This document shows positions 51,668 through 64,000 of a stretch of DNA of 64,000 bases, piece after piece; positions within the stretch are counted from its first letter, which is position 1, and the number at the start of each line of letters is the position of its first letter. A model generated the notes under the pieces. The model did no database searches. It saw nothing but the letters and a program-made list of their open reading frames with translations, and was not told the DNA's origin. The DNA comes from Octopus vulgaris (taxonomy: Eukaryota). The position numbers were made by a program, and so were the translations under genes. The stretch is taken from the NCBI GenBank assembly GCA_951406725.2, contig OX597818.1, forward strand, positions 139,624,001 through 139,688,000. The letters are read 5' to 3'.

Positions 51668-51738
51668 ATGCAGTACCGGTTTCAGTCTCTTCAAATACGT
51701 TTGCCAACGTAGATTTGATTTGTCTTCATCAGCTGCAT
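51668..51738 (-). ncRNA. Minimal type I hammerhead ribozyme, intact core
   Basis: Minus strand: ATGCAG-CTGATGA-AG..TCAAAT.TACGTT GGCA AACGTA TTTGA..CT-GAAA-CCGG-TA-CTGCAT. Perfect 6-bp helix I, extended helix II, palindromic ACCGGT helix III, GUA triplet. Lies in an insert (51474-51819) between TA and TG microsatellites. Confidence 0.82.
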
Positions 51739-52139
51739 ATACCTCGACAAAATTTCAAATGTTGCCACATCTATGCCAGTACACTCGTCTGAACGCCAAA
51801 ACGTTAATAGAACGAGAACATGTATGTATGTGTGTGTATATATAAACGTGTGTATATATAAACGTGTGTATGTGTGTATGTGTGTATATATACATATACA
51901 TAAATACAAACACACACATACGTATATGTGCTTGTGTGTATAAGAATGTATACAATACGACAGGCTTCTGTACGTTTACTAAATCGTACTCCAAATAACT
52001 AATTCTAAGTTAAAGAAAAATACATTTGCCCAAGGTGTAGCGGAGTAGCGGAGTAGGCCTGAACGTTGCAACAGGTATTTGCGAAGCTCTTAACTCTGCT
52101 TATCACAGGTGAATAGTAAGACGATTTATAATACAGTTC

Positions 52140-53660
52140 TGTTAACATTTGTTTCTCTTCTGCACAATGTTACGAATATTTGATGGAGTAGTGTTTTTGA
52201 TTAGAACAACCTTCACTATGTTACTGATATTTTGAGAGCCAATTAGGGAACCTTAGTTTAGAAACTTGATAAGCCATTGTGGTTCCATGTATTCCCAATA
52301 CCGGGGAAGTTCTGTAGACTTAACGCTGCTGCTCAACTTTGATCTTTGTGACATGAGAAATTGGCGAAGAATATGTCAGAGAAACCTCTCAATTAGAATT
52401 ATCAAGCAGAAGGCACGGCATGATGAGTGCAATTTGAAACCGCAATATATTAAGATGATGTAAAACAAAGAAAGAAAATAAGTTGCTATTCGTGTCTGCA
52501 TATGGTGTTCAGGTCACTGTGGTACTCAATGAATTGCTTTTTTTCGGAAAATACAGGTGTCTCACATGTTAGATAAAACATGTGGAAGAAACACTAGGTT
52601 AAGTTCACCGAAAGATGAAAAATAACTGATTAAATAAATTATGGCTATCCAAAACGATGTTAATATAAGTCCATAGCGTTTTTCTATTTTAGGAATATAT
52701 CCAACAAGCAGCATTTTCTAACTTGAATCGGTTTGAGGAAAATTGCTGGGCAAAAAAGGATTTTAATAATTTAGACATCAGGATATTTCTATGTATGCAT
52801 AAATATAAAAGTGGATTGTTTGCAACAATCCAGATTTAGCATATTATTACTACTAGCGACAGGGTGAAGAAAATTTTAAGTTACTAGAAAATATTCTGAT
52901 AATAATCTATCGTTATATGACATCAGCCACAACAAGAAACAGCTTGTTCAATATGTCATAATTGTTGTTGACGGATCATGCAAACCGAGTGTCTCAGTAT
53001 TCAAACTGGGCGTTATGAGTGTTGTGGAATGTCAAATCATGTTGCCAAGTGTTGCTAATGTCTGCGTTCAACATCAATGGCGCTTCTGAAGAACATGACA
53101 ATATCATCGATATAACTCTTAATGAAATTAAAGACATCTATCGTAGATTGAATGTTGTTTCAATAAGATGCAGCCCAATTTGCTTAGCTACTCTTTATTC
53201 GTTCATTGATAACATTTGCTTGACGTTAATTAATCAATGAAGAATTTTAATAACATATGTCAGTTCAGTATCGATAGCAAATTGAACTGAAATTGGTTAG
53301 TTTACATGCAACAATAATTTTACATACAACAATAATCAGGAATTTGTGATCAAAGATTCCATTTGACTTGGATTAATTGAACAGAACATATCATGGTACA
53401 TTTTTGCTTTAAAAATTCTCTTCCAATCGCGAAGGGTTTGATAGCGTTACAGGAAAGAAGCCCAAGTAGAAGATGACTGCTGTTCATAAAATATCTTTCT
53501 AATTTACGGAGGTTAAGAAACGGTTTAGTGCATTGGTGCATTAACAACATTGACATTGCGTCTATATATTTCACTTGTGGTATGGACGAGAATGAACTAT
53601 GTGTACAGACTAAAAGTTCGCCTAAATACAAATATCGATACATATGCTTACCCTGTACCA
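52140..53660 (-). pseudogene. Heavily decayed hAT (Charlie/SPIN/GTF2IRD2-like) transposase
   Basis: Motifs in the expected order on the minus strand: KPFAIGREFLKQKC (~53400-53445, cf. KPFTDGEFIKEC), CSSEAPLM (~53072-53095, cf. TDGAP.M), VCMIRQQ (~52966-52986, cf. HCIIHQQ), and C-terminal KVVLIKNTTPSNIRNIVQKR; many stops and frameshifts. Confidence 0.55.
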
Positions 53661-53754
53661 ACTAGTGATTCTATATCATCTGGTTCGAACTGAGTGAAGA
53701 TCCCGGCAATTGTTCACAAAATTTAAATTAAGCAAATGCCATTGTTTAATGCCT

Positions 53755-53845
53755 CAGACGGTGAACTGGTAAAATCGTTAGCACGCCGGGCGAAATGCTT
53801 AGCAGTATTTCGTCTGCCGTTACGTTCTGAGTTCAAATTCTTCTG
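53755..53845 (+). mobile_element. SINE family C head
   Basis: GACGGTGAACTGGTAAAATCGTTAGCACGCCGGGCGAAATGCTTAGCAGTATTTCGTCTGCCGTTACGTTCTGAGTTCAAATTC. Confidence 0.85.
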
Positions 53846-54305
53846 GCTGTCTATGTTCTGAGTTCGCCTGCGTTGACATTTGCACCATACTATACTGATC
53901 GTTGAATTTTCTATTGGCATTTATAGGAGACTTTTGGCATGAGTAACCGCTGGTCTTCTATACAAAGGCAAAGATCTTGACTGGTGTTTCAGCCCCGAGA
54001 TGAATTTTTTGTTTCAAAATGGTCAATCCCGAGGGAGAGAGACCGTAGTCTCCAGTCTTTTAGAGGCATCACTCAACACCGATATTTTACATGCATTGAT
54101 TTATGTTATCGGAACAAAATCAAGGATACCAGAACGAAATTATTTCATTGAAATGAGGAACGGATTGCGGATGTCTCAGGGGAAGAATAAAGAACAAAAT
54201 AAGAAGAATTAATGAAAGAAACCCAAGTAAGAATCTAATAGACAAGAATGGATGAAGAAAATTGGAAGAAAGAATCCAAACGAATAAAAAAAATGAATAA
54301 TGCAA

Positions 54306-54340
<35 letters not shown>

Positions 54341-54509
54341 ATGAATAAATATATATAAATAAGACAATAAATGGTTCATGGGACAAAAATAGTGAAATAT
54401 CGTTCTATTTCCGGCTTTAGTTTGGGATGTCTCACATTCGACATTTCCATTGAAACGTTTATCATATTGGGTTAGTGGTACTGGCATCAACCAATCAATT
54501 TACACACAC

Positions 54510-55078
54510 ATTCACACATACATACATACATTCGTACATATATACACACATACATACATACATTCTTACATACGTACATACATACGTACATACATAAATA
54601 CATACATACATATATACATACATGCATACATACATACATACATACATACATACATACATACATACATACACACATACATACATACATAGATAAGTACGTA
54701 CATACATACATACATACATACATCCATACATACATAAATACATACATGCATGCATACATACATACATACATACATACATACATACATACATAAGTACGTA
54801 CATACATACATACATACATACACACATTCGTACATACATACATACATCCATACATACATAAATACATACATACATACATACACACATACATACATACATA
54901 GATAAGTACGTACATACATACATACATACATACATCCATACATAAATACATACATGCATACATACATACATTCATACATACATACATACATATATACATA
55001 CATGCATACATACATACATATATACATACATACAAACATACAAACATACATTCATACATACATACATACATACATACA

Positions 55079-55109
<31 letters not shown>

Positions 55110-55110
55110 G
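54510..55110. repeat. (CATA)n microsatellite with higher-order variant units (GATAAGTACGTA, CATCCATA)
   Basis: Variant blocks recur at ~54689, ~54790 and ~54901. Confidence 0.9.
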
Positions 55111-55720
55111 TACATAGACAGACGTACATACTTACAAACACAAAAATATATATCCTTGTTACAAATATATGTATGTATGTGTTCATTTGCTTTCTGTTCG
55201 TTTGAACTAGAAAATATTTAAAAGTGCTCAATATATCGTCTTCAGAGACGTGTGGAACACAGTACAACACAATACACGCATTCATTCACAGATACTCACA
55301 TAACTATTAGCGTAGACGCAATTGTGCACAATTGTTCGCCACATATACAGACTTACGCACATATATCTGTATTAGATACAGATATATTATGTATATTAGT
55401 ATAATTCTCTATTCGGTAATGAACTCATGCTTAAATGAATTTATGTATAAACGTGCACTCATACATTTATTGTCAGATCTAATTATCAGGTCTGGTTGTT
55501 GAGAGCAAAAATGACGAAGGAGATGATGATGATGATGATGATGATGGTGATAGTGGTGGTTGTGATGGTGATTCTAATGGTGATGAGGATGATTATGATG
55601 ACAATGACGCTGGACATGATCATGACCATGACGACGAGGAAGAATGTGGGCAGGATATAAATAAGAACAACGCCAGCAAAACAATAACAGCAAATTCGTA
55701 TAAAAGTAATGATTTACCAG

Positions 55721-55792
<72 letters not shown>

Positions 55793-55794
55793 GT

Positions 55795-55835
<41 letters not shown>

Positions 55836-55836
<1 letters not shown>

Positions 55837-56099
55837 TAGCTGGACCCGTGAAAAAATCACGGATAACATTATAAATATATTAGAAATATTAAAATTACTA
55901 AGTCTCCCTAAAGGAGATTACGGCAGCGTTACTGGAAATTAATATACAAACATTTCTCATGGCACGGCACCAGTATAGTGTTTACGGATACCTATATTTA
56001 TAAGACTGCCATATTAGTATGGCGATAACTATTAATTATAAATATAGGTATCCGTAAACAGTATACTGGTGCCGTGCCATGAGAAATGTTTGTATATTA
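55836..56099 (-). mobile_element. Helitron-like 3' terminus linked to a 160-bp fold-back
   Basis: Minus strand ends CCGTG-ATTTTTT-CACGG-GTCCAG-CTAG|T at 55836. Inverted arms 55940-56003 and 56036-56099, with an inner hairpin GCCATA-TTAG-TATGGC in the loop. Confidence 0.65.
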
Positions 56100-56429
56100 T
56101 GACCGTCTGTCTTTATGTTCTGAGTTCAAACTCTGCCGAAGTCGACTTTGTCTCTCGTTCTTGGGGGTCGATAAAATAAGTAAGAGTTGTGTACTGGGGT
56201 CGATCTAATAAACTGGCCCTCTCCCCACAAAATTACAGGCCTAGAAAAGTATATTGTGACAGTTTCAGAATATAGAAAGTAATGTAACACCAATGACTAT
56301 ATAATCCAATCAAAATATATTTTACCCAAACGTAAGCGGAATTACTATTTAACCTTAGAATACATCGTACATATTCAAAGAACCTTCTTGGTTCAGTGGA
56401 CCCGAGCGTTTTACTGGTATTCATATATT

Positions 56430-56620
56430 CTTTTACTTGTCTCAGTCATTTGACGGCGGCCATGCTAGAAATTGACTCCTGGACGTATTCCCTGTAAACC
56501 TGGTGCTTATTCTATCAGTCTCGTCTGCTGAACAACTATATAACAGAGACGCAATCACACCAGCATTAGTGTGAAGCAATGGTGTTGATGGGACAAACAC
56601 AGACACAAACACACATACAA
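56430..56620 (-). mobile_element. Degenerate SINE family A tail
   Basis: CTTTTACTTGTCTCAGTCATTTGACGGCGGCCATGCTAG...CACACCAGCATTAGTGTGAAGC. Confidence 0.7.
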
Positions 56621-56670
56621 ACATACATACATACATATATACATACATACATACATGCATAATATACATA

Positions 56671-56708
<38 letters not shown>

Positions 56709-56827
56709 CATGTATATATATATATGTATATGTATATATATATACTTTATTTAAAGCAGCAGAAAATTAAACAAAATTTGTTACTCTGAGTTTCTCGTTG
56801 CCGTTCATCAGACAGTTTTTGTTAGAA

Positions 56828-56915
<88 letters not shown>

Positions 56916-56944
56916 ATAATAATACTTATAATAATAATAAACAA

Positions 56945-57986
56945 ACGTAAACAGAATGTCTATGAAAAGAAAGAATGGTGGCAAAGGACTAATTAGTATA
57001 GACCATTGTATAAGGAGTGAAAGGAGAACGATTGTCAAGTATTTGATAAATAGTGATGAAGACCTGCTGCAATATGCCGCGAAAGATATGGTTGTAAATG
57101 TAGATGAAATGTAGGACAAAGAAGAGTTTTAACCAAAGAGCTGAGGAGAAGAAAAAAGAAGACCTTCTTGAAATGAGAATGCATGGGCAGTTTGAAAGGA
57201 ATACACAAGATGTTAAGGATAACACAGCATCGAGGGCATGGCTTGAGCGAAGTGATTTGAAGTGTACCACCGAAACCCTGATCATTGCTGCACGAGACCA
57301 AGCTCTCGCTACCAATTCAGTAAAGTATAACAACTATAAAACTTCTGACACCCAGAAATGAAGACTCAGTGGAAAGAGTGTGGAAGATGTGATCCACTTG
57401 GTAAGTGGATGTGAGAACCTTGCACAAAAAGAATACAATAAAGCGTATGTATATTCATTGGCTCTTATGTCGTAAATATCAATATGAAGTAACAGAGAAC
57501 TGGTATGAGCATGTGCCATGTAAAGTTATACTGGATGATGGAAAAGTAACGATACTCTGTGACTATGATTTTCAGACGGATCGTGTAATCGAACACCGTC
57601 GGCCTGATATTGTCACACTGAATAAGAGAGATAAATACTGTCAGATCATTGATGTAACCATACCAAATGACATAAATATTGTGAGTAAAGAGGTTGAAAA
57701 TCACCAAGTACTCCGAATTGAAAGTGGAAATGGCAAGGCTGTATGGAATGCGAGAGGGTAATGTAAAAGTGAAACCAGTGGTGATCGGAGCGTTGAGCTC
57801 AATCCCATTGAAACTTCAAAACTTCTTAAGGCAACTGGAAATCCCATACAAGTTGGATGTCTCGCAAAATGCAGCCTTATTCGGCACACGAACTTCTTGA
57901 GCAAAGTATTATCTGTCTGAGGTCCTTGTTGTGACTTGACAGATGACTAAAAACTCCAGTGCATTTTAACCTACATTGTTACGAAG

Positions 57987-57988
<2 letters not shown>
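56945..57988 (+). pseudogene. 5'-truncated RLE-type (R4/Dong-like) LINE (fourth family) between (TAA)n tracts
   Basis: RKNGGKGLISI..MHGQF....AWL..SDLK..TETLIIAARDQALATN...HLVSGCENLAQKEY..IHWLLC...WYEH.P...DFQTDRVIEHRRPDIV...CQIIDVTIP...KITKYSELK.E...VKPVVIGAL; frameshifted. Confidence 0.93.
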
Positions 57989-58028
<40 letters not shown>

Positions 58029-58042
58029 TAATAGCAATAATA

Positions 58043-58073
<31 letters not shown>

Positions 58074-58849
58074 AATAATGATAATAATGATCAAAAGAAG
58101 AAGAGAAAGAAGAAGAAGAGGAGGAGGAGGAAGGAGAAGAAGAAGAAGAAGAAGAAGAAGAAGAAGAAGAAGAAGAAGAAGAAGAAGAAGAAGAAGAAGA
58201 AGAAAGAAAAAAGAAAGTAAGAATTATTGCAAGAATTAGAAGAAATAGAAAAAATTAAAGAAGAATTTCTGATTGAAACCCAAGTCATAAATAAATAAAT
58301 AAAATGTATAGCATATATAAACAAGTAAATCTGTATAGAAGTAAGTAGGCACGCGAAAGATAGAAGTAAAGACCTATGAGAATATAGTTGGAAAGAGAAT
58401 GCTTTATATTGTAACACAATATCAGCCCGTTCTTTGCAAGAGAAAATTCTACATTACCAGATTTAATCCGCTTGACTAGATAACTATTAATAGGATTAAG
58501 TAATATTTCTCTGTCTCTTATACGTATATATCATTAGTATTATGATTTGTATGTGTATAGTTGTTTTGGTGTTTGGTTTATATTTTCTGTTTGGTTAAAT
58601 CAAAGAAAAAACACCTAAAACAGTATATATAAATGCAAATACGACACACGCGTATGTATATATATATATGTGTGTGTGTGTGTATGTGTGTGTGTGAGTG
58701 TATGTATGTATGTATGTATGTATGTATGTATGTATGTATGTATGTATGTATGTATGTATGTATGTATATAGAGAAAAGCCAACGTTAAGAAACAGGATTT
58801 AAGAATAAAGTATTATAACAATAATACTATCAAAATAGTAATAAGAAAA

Positions 58850-59440
58850 TGTTAATGGCTTCTAATGCTAAGCACAAGCTCAGCAATTTTTTGAGGTAGA
58901 TACTGTCGACATCAATATTTAACCGAGGATGGATGGAAAGCAAATTAGACCACTGCGCGTTCTGCGATCATAATGTAGCATCTCACAAGAAATACCGCAA
59001 GGCATTTCTCCCAACGCTCAAATGATTCTTCCAGTTTGCCCTTAATAACGTTTGCAAATTTTAGTAGTTTTTGAGGGTAGGAGGAGGTCGATTACATCGG
59101 CCCCAGTATTTGCTTGGTATTTGTTTCATCGATTTCGAAAGGATAAATGATAATGTCGACCTCAGTGGTATTTGAACTGAGAATGTAAAAATGTGTGAAA
59201 CGCTGTTTAGTATTTTGTGCGACATGCTAACGATTCTGCCAGGTTGCCATAGGCTATCAAATTTTAGTAGGGTGAAGGCAGCTAAATCAACCCCATTGTT
59301 AAACTAGTCCCTATACTAAGAAACCCGAAAAATTGAAAAGCAAACTCGACCTCCGCACTATTTGAGCTAAGAATACAAAGAGCCGGAAGAAATGCCGTTT
59401 AAAGTCATGTCCGACATGTTAATGCTTCGGCTAACTCGTC
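58850..59440 (-). mobile_element. Cluster of three decayed family C SINEs
   Basis: Repeated GTCGACCTC..GGTATTTGAACTGAGAATGTAAA and GCTAACGATTCTGCCAG motifs (reverse complement of the family C head). Confidence 0.6.
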
Positions 59441-59699
59441 ACCGGCTCTCACATAAAAACGAACACGAGGTTACAGAAAAGTGAGAAAGCAACGATGCCA
59501 AAAATAAAAAAAACATGGTAACGATAAAATTTTAACAAGGAATATGTCTTCGGAATATATTTCTCTTAAAAGAGAAATATAGTCAGCACTTATAGCAGGG
59601 AAGTAAAAGAACGCAGTGGAAGTGAATAGACAGAAAATCCTTCACAGAAGAGATTCTTTTAACCGAAGAAATCGTTTGAACAAGTGTTAGAGAACAATA

Positions 59700-60250
59700 C
59701 AACACACAAAAAACTTGCTGAAACGCAATAAGAACCAAGCGGAATGGCATGAAAAAATCCAATGCTTCTGGTTAAAATATTTAACAGAGGTACATATGGT
59801 GACAGAAAATATTTTAATAAGTTAACAGTACCGGAGTCTTGGATCTCTAAAAGTAAAATGGTTCTGCACCCCGAGATTAGCAATTCTGTAGTTTATATAA
59901 TCTGCTTTTCTGCAACCTACAAAACCTTAACTCAAATAATATCACAGAGTATAAAAAAGTCTAGAAAAAGCATTCTTCCAGAAGAGCAAAGTGGAAGTTT
60001 GTAAAGTAGCAGTGAAAAATCAATTAGTGATCAACAAAGTCATAAAAGAGGCGAAGTGAAAGGTTCAATCATTGCAGAGATTGGCTACCACGAGATTTTT
60101 TTTTTCTTTTTGACAGCAACCTTTATACATGGATTTTTGAAATATAAGGCGTGAGTAAGGTAGTACAAATATTAAGTAGATTCAATAAGCAAGTCACGAG
60201 AAAATAGGAAACAATTCTGCTGATACCAATAAAAGAGTTAATTCAGAAAA
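59700..60250 (+). pseudogene. RLE-type LINE reverse-transcriptase remnant (domains 1-3)
   Basis: PESWISKSKMVLHP...IICFSATYKTLTQIISQSI...ILPEEQSG (cf. P.W...G.T.L.PK..YRPITCL.T.YK.LT.II...LPEEQ.G), then KNQLVINKVI...IGYHEIF.DS..YTWI (cf. DQLLINK.I..WIDY.KAFDSVPH.WI). Confidence 0.75.
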
Positions 60251-60404
60251 TAAATATCCCCACTTCCACTAGGTTTTTTTTTTTTTTTAGTTGGGGCCAC
60301 ATTCGCATCACCTGCCTTGTTATTACTTCCCTTATTTGCAATAATATCAAAGAAATAAGTAAGCTTCTAAAACACATTTTCAAGATAACAATGTGCATCA
60401 ATTC

Positions 60405-60960
60405 ACATGTCTGTATAGACCATTTAATGATAAATAAAATCTTAACTGAAGACTATATTAAGATTATAGAAGGATTTGAGTATGGCTGGGCTTGACAGCT
60501 AGGGGGTCTCTTACACTTTTCTATCTGGCGTTAACACCTTTAACGAATGTGTTAAACAAGACTAGACTGGCATATAACTACCATGAGCGGGCAATTAATC
60601 ATCTTTTGTATGTGGGCAACCTCAAGTCGTATGCTGCCCATGTTTGCAACTAGACACACTGCTACAGAGAGTACACAAATTTAGTGGAGCAGTTATTATG
60701 AAATTCGGAGTCAAGGTTACTTTGAAGAAAGGAAAATTATTTAGGAACAGTAGTATCATGTGAGACAAAATACCGACTATAAGAGAAATACTACATACGC
60801 AAACTTACAAGTATTTCTGAATTAATAACCAGACAGATTAGGAAAAGTAAAGTGTAAGATGGAATAATATGAACAAATTACGTCAATACTTAAATCAGAG
60901 CCAAATGCCAGAGACAATGTATTAGCTGTCCTAACAATCAGCTATATTCAAAATTTCGCA
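60405..60960 (+). pseudogene. Second RLE-type RT remnant (domains 3-7)
   Basis: CIDHLMINKIL..DLSMAGLD, LFYLALTPL (cf. LFCLAL.PL), INHLLYVGNLKSYA (cf. INHLLYMDDLKLYA), MKFG, YKYF*I (cf. YKYLG). Confidence 0.75.
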
Positions 60961-61149
60961 CTGAAATCTGGCGAAGCTACAAAGGAGAAATAATGATGAC
61001 ATTTTTAATAGACCATAAGCATTTAGTTTCAGTATTAACTGAACTGTCTACTTGTTAAGATAAAGTGTAGGGTGGCTGAGTGAACCACAGACGCGTATAT
61101 AACTTCATTTAACTCTCTAGTAGAATAACCATGACATTGTGACAGCGTG

Positions 61150-61700
61150 ATTGTGGCGATGGTATTGATAAAGCTGTTAATGGTGATATTAGAGGGTAGT
61201 GTTAGTGGTGGTGGTTGTGAGGTTGATAACGCTAATACCGATGCTATACGGATAATGATGGTGATGGTGGTGATTATAGTGATGATGATAAGAAGATGCT
61301 GGCGTTAATGGTAGTTTTAGCGATGGTAATGTTAAAGTGATGGTGGGGGGTAAAAGTGTCAGTTCTTATGTTAAAGTTATAGTGGTGATTGTGATTGTAG
61401 TGGTGATACTGGTGATGTTTAGATGATGATGGTATTTGTGATTGGAATGATATCGATGGTAATGTTACAACAGGGGTGTTGCTGATGGTGTTAGAAATAT
61501 AACGCTGATGCTAAGTTGTGGAGGTGGTAATGATATTGCTGATGGTAGTGATGGTGAAGAGGTTAATGCTGATGTTAAAGGGATGATGGTGTGTCAGTGG
61601 TGGTGATGATGGAAGTGATGGTGATGCTGGAGGTGATGATATTAATAACAATGCCCATAGATGGAGTGCTGATAGTGGTGATGATAGTGTTTGAGTTGGA
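61150..61700. repeat. Decayed (GGT/GAT)n low-complexity region
   Basis: Direct reading. Confidence 0.8.
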
Positions 61701-62399
61701 GATAGAGAGGGAGATACCTTTGCCTTGACATTATTGCAATTGCTTTTGATATTCCTCTGCACAAAACATGGAATCATTTCTCAGAATATCTTCAACAATA
61801 CCATGCCCTAAAGGAACCGATATTGCACATAAAGATTTGGTGCTGTTGTATGGGTTGTTGTTGCATTGCCTGTTGTATATGTTCCTGCTTTTGTTGGTGG
61901 TGATCATCTCGCAGAAAAACGAAATTAAAAAGAAAAAGAATAACAATATTTTTTTTCCGAGCTGTGGTTAGCGTAGGCTTGAATTTGGATCCATAGCAGC
62001 TGTGAATGTCATATGTTTCTCTAAAACATTGGATAAATTATGTGTTCTTCAAAATTGTAAGGCAGTATGGTACGATTTAAGAGAAGTTTGCCATTTCTAG
62101 CAAACTGAGCAACGCGTAGAAAACTCCATTTTACATCTTAATAAATTTTAAAGGATAAGAAAAAATTACAACGTTTCAAGCTCACATTGGTCGTCGAGAG
62201 GCACAGGAAAGTTATAGTTCCGTGTTCTCTTACCTGAGAATCATGGTGATGGTACAACTATCTTGTGATTTTCGATTTTGTTATAGTGAATATAGTTTAT
62301 TACTCTACTTTTCATGCCAATTTGCCTCTCTCTCTCTCTCTCTCTCTTTAAGCAATAATTATTATCTTGCTATACAAGTAACAGCTATTAACCGAAATG

Positions 62400-62590
62400 T
62401 CGCCTAAATTTATAGCAGGAGCATGTTATTGATGGGTCAACATTCGAATCTGAAATAAATTTCCATTCTTGAATTCTGTATTCATACGTATATTCACAGC
62501 TAGGTTTGAATGCAAATGAACTTCTCTCCCTCAAGATACTGACTAGTGTTGTGAAGCAAAGCAGTCTCCGCAAGGAATGGATAATTAAAT
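62400..62590 (-). pseudogene. Possible hAT dimerisation-domain remnant
   Basis: YPFLAETAL (cf. YP.LA..AL) and YRIQ...SNVDPSI (cf. KYRNRL...S.I.P.I) in different frames; weak. Confidence 0.3.
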
Positions 62591-62763
62591 GAAAATGAAT
62601 ACAAATTATCATTAAAGACTAGAATCTAAATTCAATATCAGATAACTAAGTAAATACCACTCTATAAGGAAGCTTTCGATTTTCTAGTCTGCCTCTTTCT
62701 CTTTGACATACCGTATCTGTTTTCCATTCTATAGTTCCCTCCTTTCATTCATACCTTCCCCTC

Positions 62764-62880
<117 letters not shown>

Positions 62881-64000
62881 ACTCATTCTCTACTGTGTAA
62901 TAAAATGTCTCGTATAATTTTCCGTCAGAATAGGGATGGAATAACACAAATTGTTGCTTGTCTAAATAAATATTTTCCAAAATTTAGTTTTATCTCTTTG
63001 CAGCGTGAGTTCACATCCCTCTAGGTATGATTCACCTTTTATTATCCAGTTTCCGTCGATAAAATACTGTAACAGTAAAACCTCATTTTCGACTTAATCA
63101 CCTTGAACCATCTCCCTTAGGTCATTTCTCTTTCCGCATAAAATAAGTAAACAGAATAAAAGTATTGACTTTTAAGAGCTGGTAGAACATCATAATCTAT
63201 TCCTTAGAATGCAGAGATTCGTCCTCTTTTTACAGTGAGATTATCTAGGCTTCTATGAGTATGATCCAGTGGCACCATCTGCATTAAGAAACAATAGTTA
63301 AGTTAGTATCAACATATTTAATTAATGGATTATAAATCAAGAAAGAACGAAATGACGAAAATATAATGTTAGACAAGGATGAATGTTATTTTCATTTTCT
63401 CGGTAACAAGTCATGAGACTTCTGCGAACATGATCTCATCAATGAAGTATAGAGTTCATCGCAATTACGGATGCAGTGGTACGAGAAATCGTTTTCTAAA
63501 TTACACGATTGTAATTAAGTTAGTGTAAAAATATTTAATATAAGAGGAACGAAAAATTAACAAAGCATAATTATGTGCTGTAAGAAAGATAATGTCACCT
63601 CGATGGCTTATGATATTTTAATAGTTTCGAGGATATGAGAAGCAACCTCGAACATGTTTTGGCTTTGTTAAACCTCCTCAGCTAATTGTAGGGTACAACG
63701 GACTTGAAAAAATAGTTATAGAAAAATTATCAAATAGAGATATAAAATAGTGAACAAGATTAGGTGTGAAATATTAATATTATTAACTAAATAAATATCT
63801 GAGATCCATTACTCTGAGATGTCATCCACCTTTTGGTTAACAATAATTAATTTAGTAGTAACATATCTAATACAATGGGCATCAGAAATCCCATTGCACA
63901 ATAAAAATGCGGTGATTTCAGGAGACAACTCTCGAAATGTTTTGGTTTTACTATACACCCTCAGCTAATCATCATTTTATAGATGTTGCCGTAGTAGTAC

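Noticed and set aside
61715-61915. Possible minus-strand exon (pyrimidine tract upstream, AAG|GTATCT downstream)
   Set aside because: All three frames contain stops, the splice sites are weak, and no protein is recognisable.

Overview
AT-rich, microsatellite-saturated eukaryotic non-coding DNA. The SINE families and the (TA)n/(CATA)n/(CTAT)n/(TAA)n load look like an octopod cephalopod (Octopus sp.); this is recognition from memory, not a database match. I find no intact host protein-coding gene, and nearly all listed ORFs are microsatellite or SINE read-through. The window is a transposable-element graveyard: at least four tRNA-derived SINE families with shuffled heads and tails, several 5'-truncated RLE-type (R4/Dong-like) LINE remnants in (TAA)n/(CATA)n tracts, RTE LINE remnants (one with an open three-C2H2-finger tail), Tc1/mariner, hAT and Helitron remnants, and several local tandem duplications. 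The most interesting signal is a set of short inserts embedded in (TA)n tracts. Some are long fold-back palindromes, and some carry minimal type I hammerhead-ribozyme motifs with a palindromic helix III. Two motifs have an intact catalytic core (39922-39990 and 51668-51738, both minus strand), and the first lies in the loop of a ~113-bp inverted repeat. These are most simply Penelope-like (pLTR) or retrozyme-like non-autonomous elements targeting TA repeats. A few repeat-free islands could be cis-regulatory.
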